64,000 nucleotides of DNA from Basidiobolus meristosporus CBS 931.73 (lineage: Eukaryota > Fungi > Basidiobolomycota). Numbering within the stretch: the first letter of the stretch is position 1; each line of letters starts with the position of its first letter. The position numbers and the translations under genes were made by a program. Shown here one piece after another: positions 62,494 to 64,000 of this stretch. The notes under the pieces are model-generated. The model saw only the letters and a program-made list of their open reading frames with translations. It made no database searches and was not told the DNA's origin. The stretch lies in NCBI GenBank assembly GCA_002104905.1, contig MCFE01000398.1:1-64000 (forward strand), given 5' to 3'.

Positions 62494-63957
62494 ATGCTTG
62501 GTCGCTCTACCAAAGAGGCAAAAACCTCCAATGACTCCTCACAGGCCGGGTTCTCGTTCTATACTGTCATGTGCGTCTCAATCGCCTGCCTTGTCTCGTT
62601 CAACAATGGGTGGAACACTTCCGATACCAATATTATCCAATCATCCATCATCGAGTGTGAAAACCCTGACGAGAAATTCAATGGCTTTCCAAGTTGCTTC
62701 CCTATGGGTGACTGGCTTTGGGGCTTTGCAGTAAGCAGCTTCTCCATCGGCGGCGCTATCGGGGGGCTTTCGGCCGGGTGGTCTCAAGCGAAGTTCGGAC
62801 GTCGCAACTCTCTTCTATTCAACAACATTTTCTTCATCGTTGGCGCCTTGCTTCTTGGACTCTCGAAGAACAAGGGGACTTGGATTGTCGGTCGTTTCTT
62901 TACCGGGATCGGCTCAGGATTCGGAACCGTTGTTCTGCCTACGTATATCGGTGAAGTCTCCACCACCAGAGTCCGAGGTGCGTACGGTGCTATGACACAG
63001 CTTACCTGTGTGATTGGACAGTTGGTGACTCAGGCCGCCGGCCTCGGTCTGTCGAGCAGGGTGGGCTGGCGTATCTGCATGGCACTTACCGGAGCCATTG
63101 CCATTCTCCAACTGGTGACACTGTCCTTCATCACTGAAACGCCCCGCTACTACATTTCCAAGGATCGGATCGACGATGCCGAAAAGTCGTTACTCAAGCT
63201 CCGCAAAGGAATGGATGTCACCAATGAACTCCAAACCATGGTGGACGCGCGTGCAGAGGCCAAGGTCAACGGAGAGCAGACATCAATCGTGGACGGGTTC
63301 AAGTTCATCATGCGTGACTCGTTGACTCGTAAACATGCCTTCATGTGCATGTTCCTTTGCGTGATCCAGCAGCTTTGCGGCATCAACGGGATCATGTACT
63401 ATTCCACCTCGATCTTTACCTCCATCTACGGCAACAAAACCGCGCAGTATCTCACAGTTGGCGTCGGTGCTATCAACCTGTTGGCGACGATCGTCACTAT
63501 CCTGCTGATTGATCGAGTTGGACGAAAGTTCCTTGTGCTACTCAGTCTTGCCGGGATGGCATCCTTCAATGTCCTGATGATCATTGGTATCGAGTGCGAC
63601 GATTCAGGCCTTGTGATTCTGGGGTTGTTCGCGTTTGTTGTGTCATTTGCACTCGGTATGGGGCCCATTCCGTTCCTGATCATTTCGGAGCTTATCCCTA
63701 CCCGAGCTGTCTCCACAGTTGCATCCAGTGCCCTCGGGCTCAACTGGCTGGGCAACTTTGTGGTTGGATTCTTCTTCCCATCGTTGAAGAACACCATGCA
63801 CGGGTATGTGTTCTTGATCTTCGTGGGATGCTGTATTGCCGGGTTCGTCGGGGTCCTGTTCTTCTTACCTGAGACTAAGGGGCGTAGCATCGAGGAGATC
63901 ACTGGCCACGGGAGTAACAGTGCGACTACCAACGAGCCCAAAATTAGCCAGAACTAA
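62494..63957 (+). CDS. MFS sugar porter (GLUT-like), intronless
   Basis: FNNGWNTS, FGRRNSL, GRFFTGIGSG...PTYIGEVS...RG, ETPRY, QQLCGINGIMYY, IDRVGRK, GMGPIPF...SEL, PETKGRSIEEI. Confidence 0.96.
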   Translation: MLGRSTKEAKTSNDSSQAGFSFYTVMCVSIACLVSFNNGWNTSDTNIIQSSIIECENPDEKFNGFPSCFPMGDWLWGFAVSSFSIGGAIGGLSAGWSQAKFGRRNSLLFNNIFFIVGALLLGLSKNKGTWIVGRFFTGIGSGFGTVVLPTYIGEVSTTRVRGAYGAMTQLTCVIGQLVTQAAGLGLSSRVGWRICMALTGAIAILQLVTLSFITETPRYYISKDRIDDAEKSLLKLRKGMDVTNELQTMVDARAEAKVNGEQTSIVDGFKFIMRDSLTRKHAFMCMFLCVIQQLCGINGIMYYSTSIFTSIYGNKTAQYLTVGVGAINLLATIVTILLIDRVGRKFLVLLSLAGMASFNVLMIIGIECDDSGLVILGLFAFVVSFALGMGPIPFLIISELIPTRAVSTVASSALGLNWLGNFVVGFFFPSLKNTMHGYVFLIFVGCCIAGFVGVLFFLPETKGRSIEEITGHGSNSATTNEPKISQN

Positions 63958-64000
63958 GCTGACGAGCGAGATGTAAAGTTTAAGCAAAATATGTATTATA

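Noticed and set aside
1-64000. tRNA, rRNA, snRNA genes and CRISPR-like arrays
   Set aside because: None found by eye on either strand; a tRNAscan-SE/Infernal run would be needed to exclude small RNAs

Overview
Eukaryotic (fungal) nuclear DNA with two sharply different halves. About 1-39,520 is a strongly CpG-depleted graveyard of nested transposons. It holds one fully intact Ty3/gypsy element (13,176-18,114; identical 368-bp LTRs, single 1,377-aa gag-pol ORF, 4-bp TSD) and solo LTRs of at least three families. It also holds two copies of a two-gene PHIS (PIF/Harbinger/ISL2EU-like) DNA transposon with its MITE and fold-back derivatives, several copies of a two-gene CMC/EnSpm-like element, Copia relics, a mitochondrial nad2 insertion (NUMT) and a short interstitial TTAGGG tract. 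About 39,530-64,000 is compact, CpG-normal gene space with 50-67 nt introns. Its genes are a flavin-containing monooxygenase, a TauD-family dioxygenase, an APC/Mup1-like amino-acid permease, cysteinyl-tRNA synthetase, a FUSC/ArAE-type membrane protein, an intracellular LysM protein, a bHLH-ZIP factor, the Ssz1-type Hsp70, an uncharacterised protein, an F-box protein and an MFS sugar porter. An early-diverging fungus (Mucoromycota/Zoopagomycota) is my inference from gene style and TE content and is not proven. The best leads are the FMO-TauD-permease(-CysRS) candidate sulfur-scavenging module, the young chromodomain-less gypsy with a 4-bp TSD and possibly chimeric integrase, and the TA-duplicating PHIS family with an unrecognised second ORF. 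All coordinates and alignments were done by eye.
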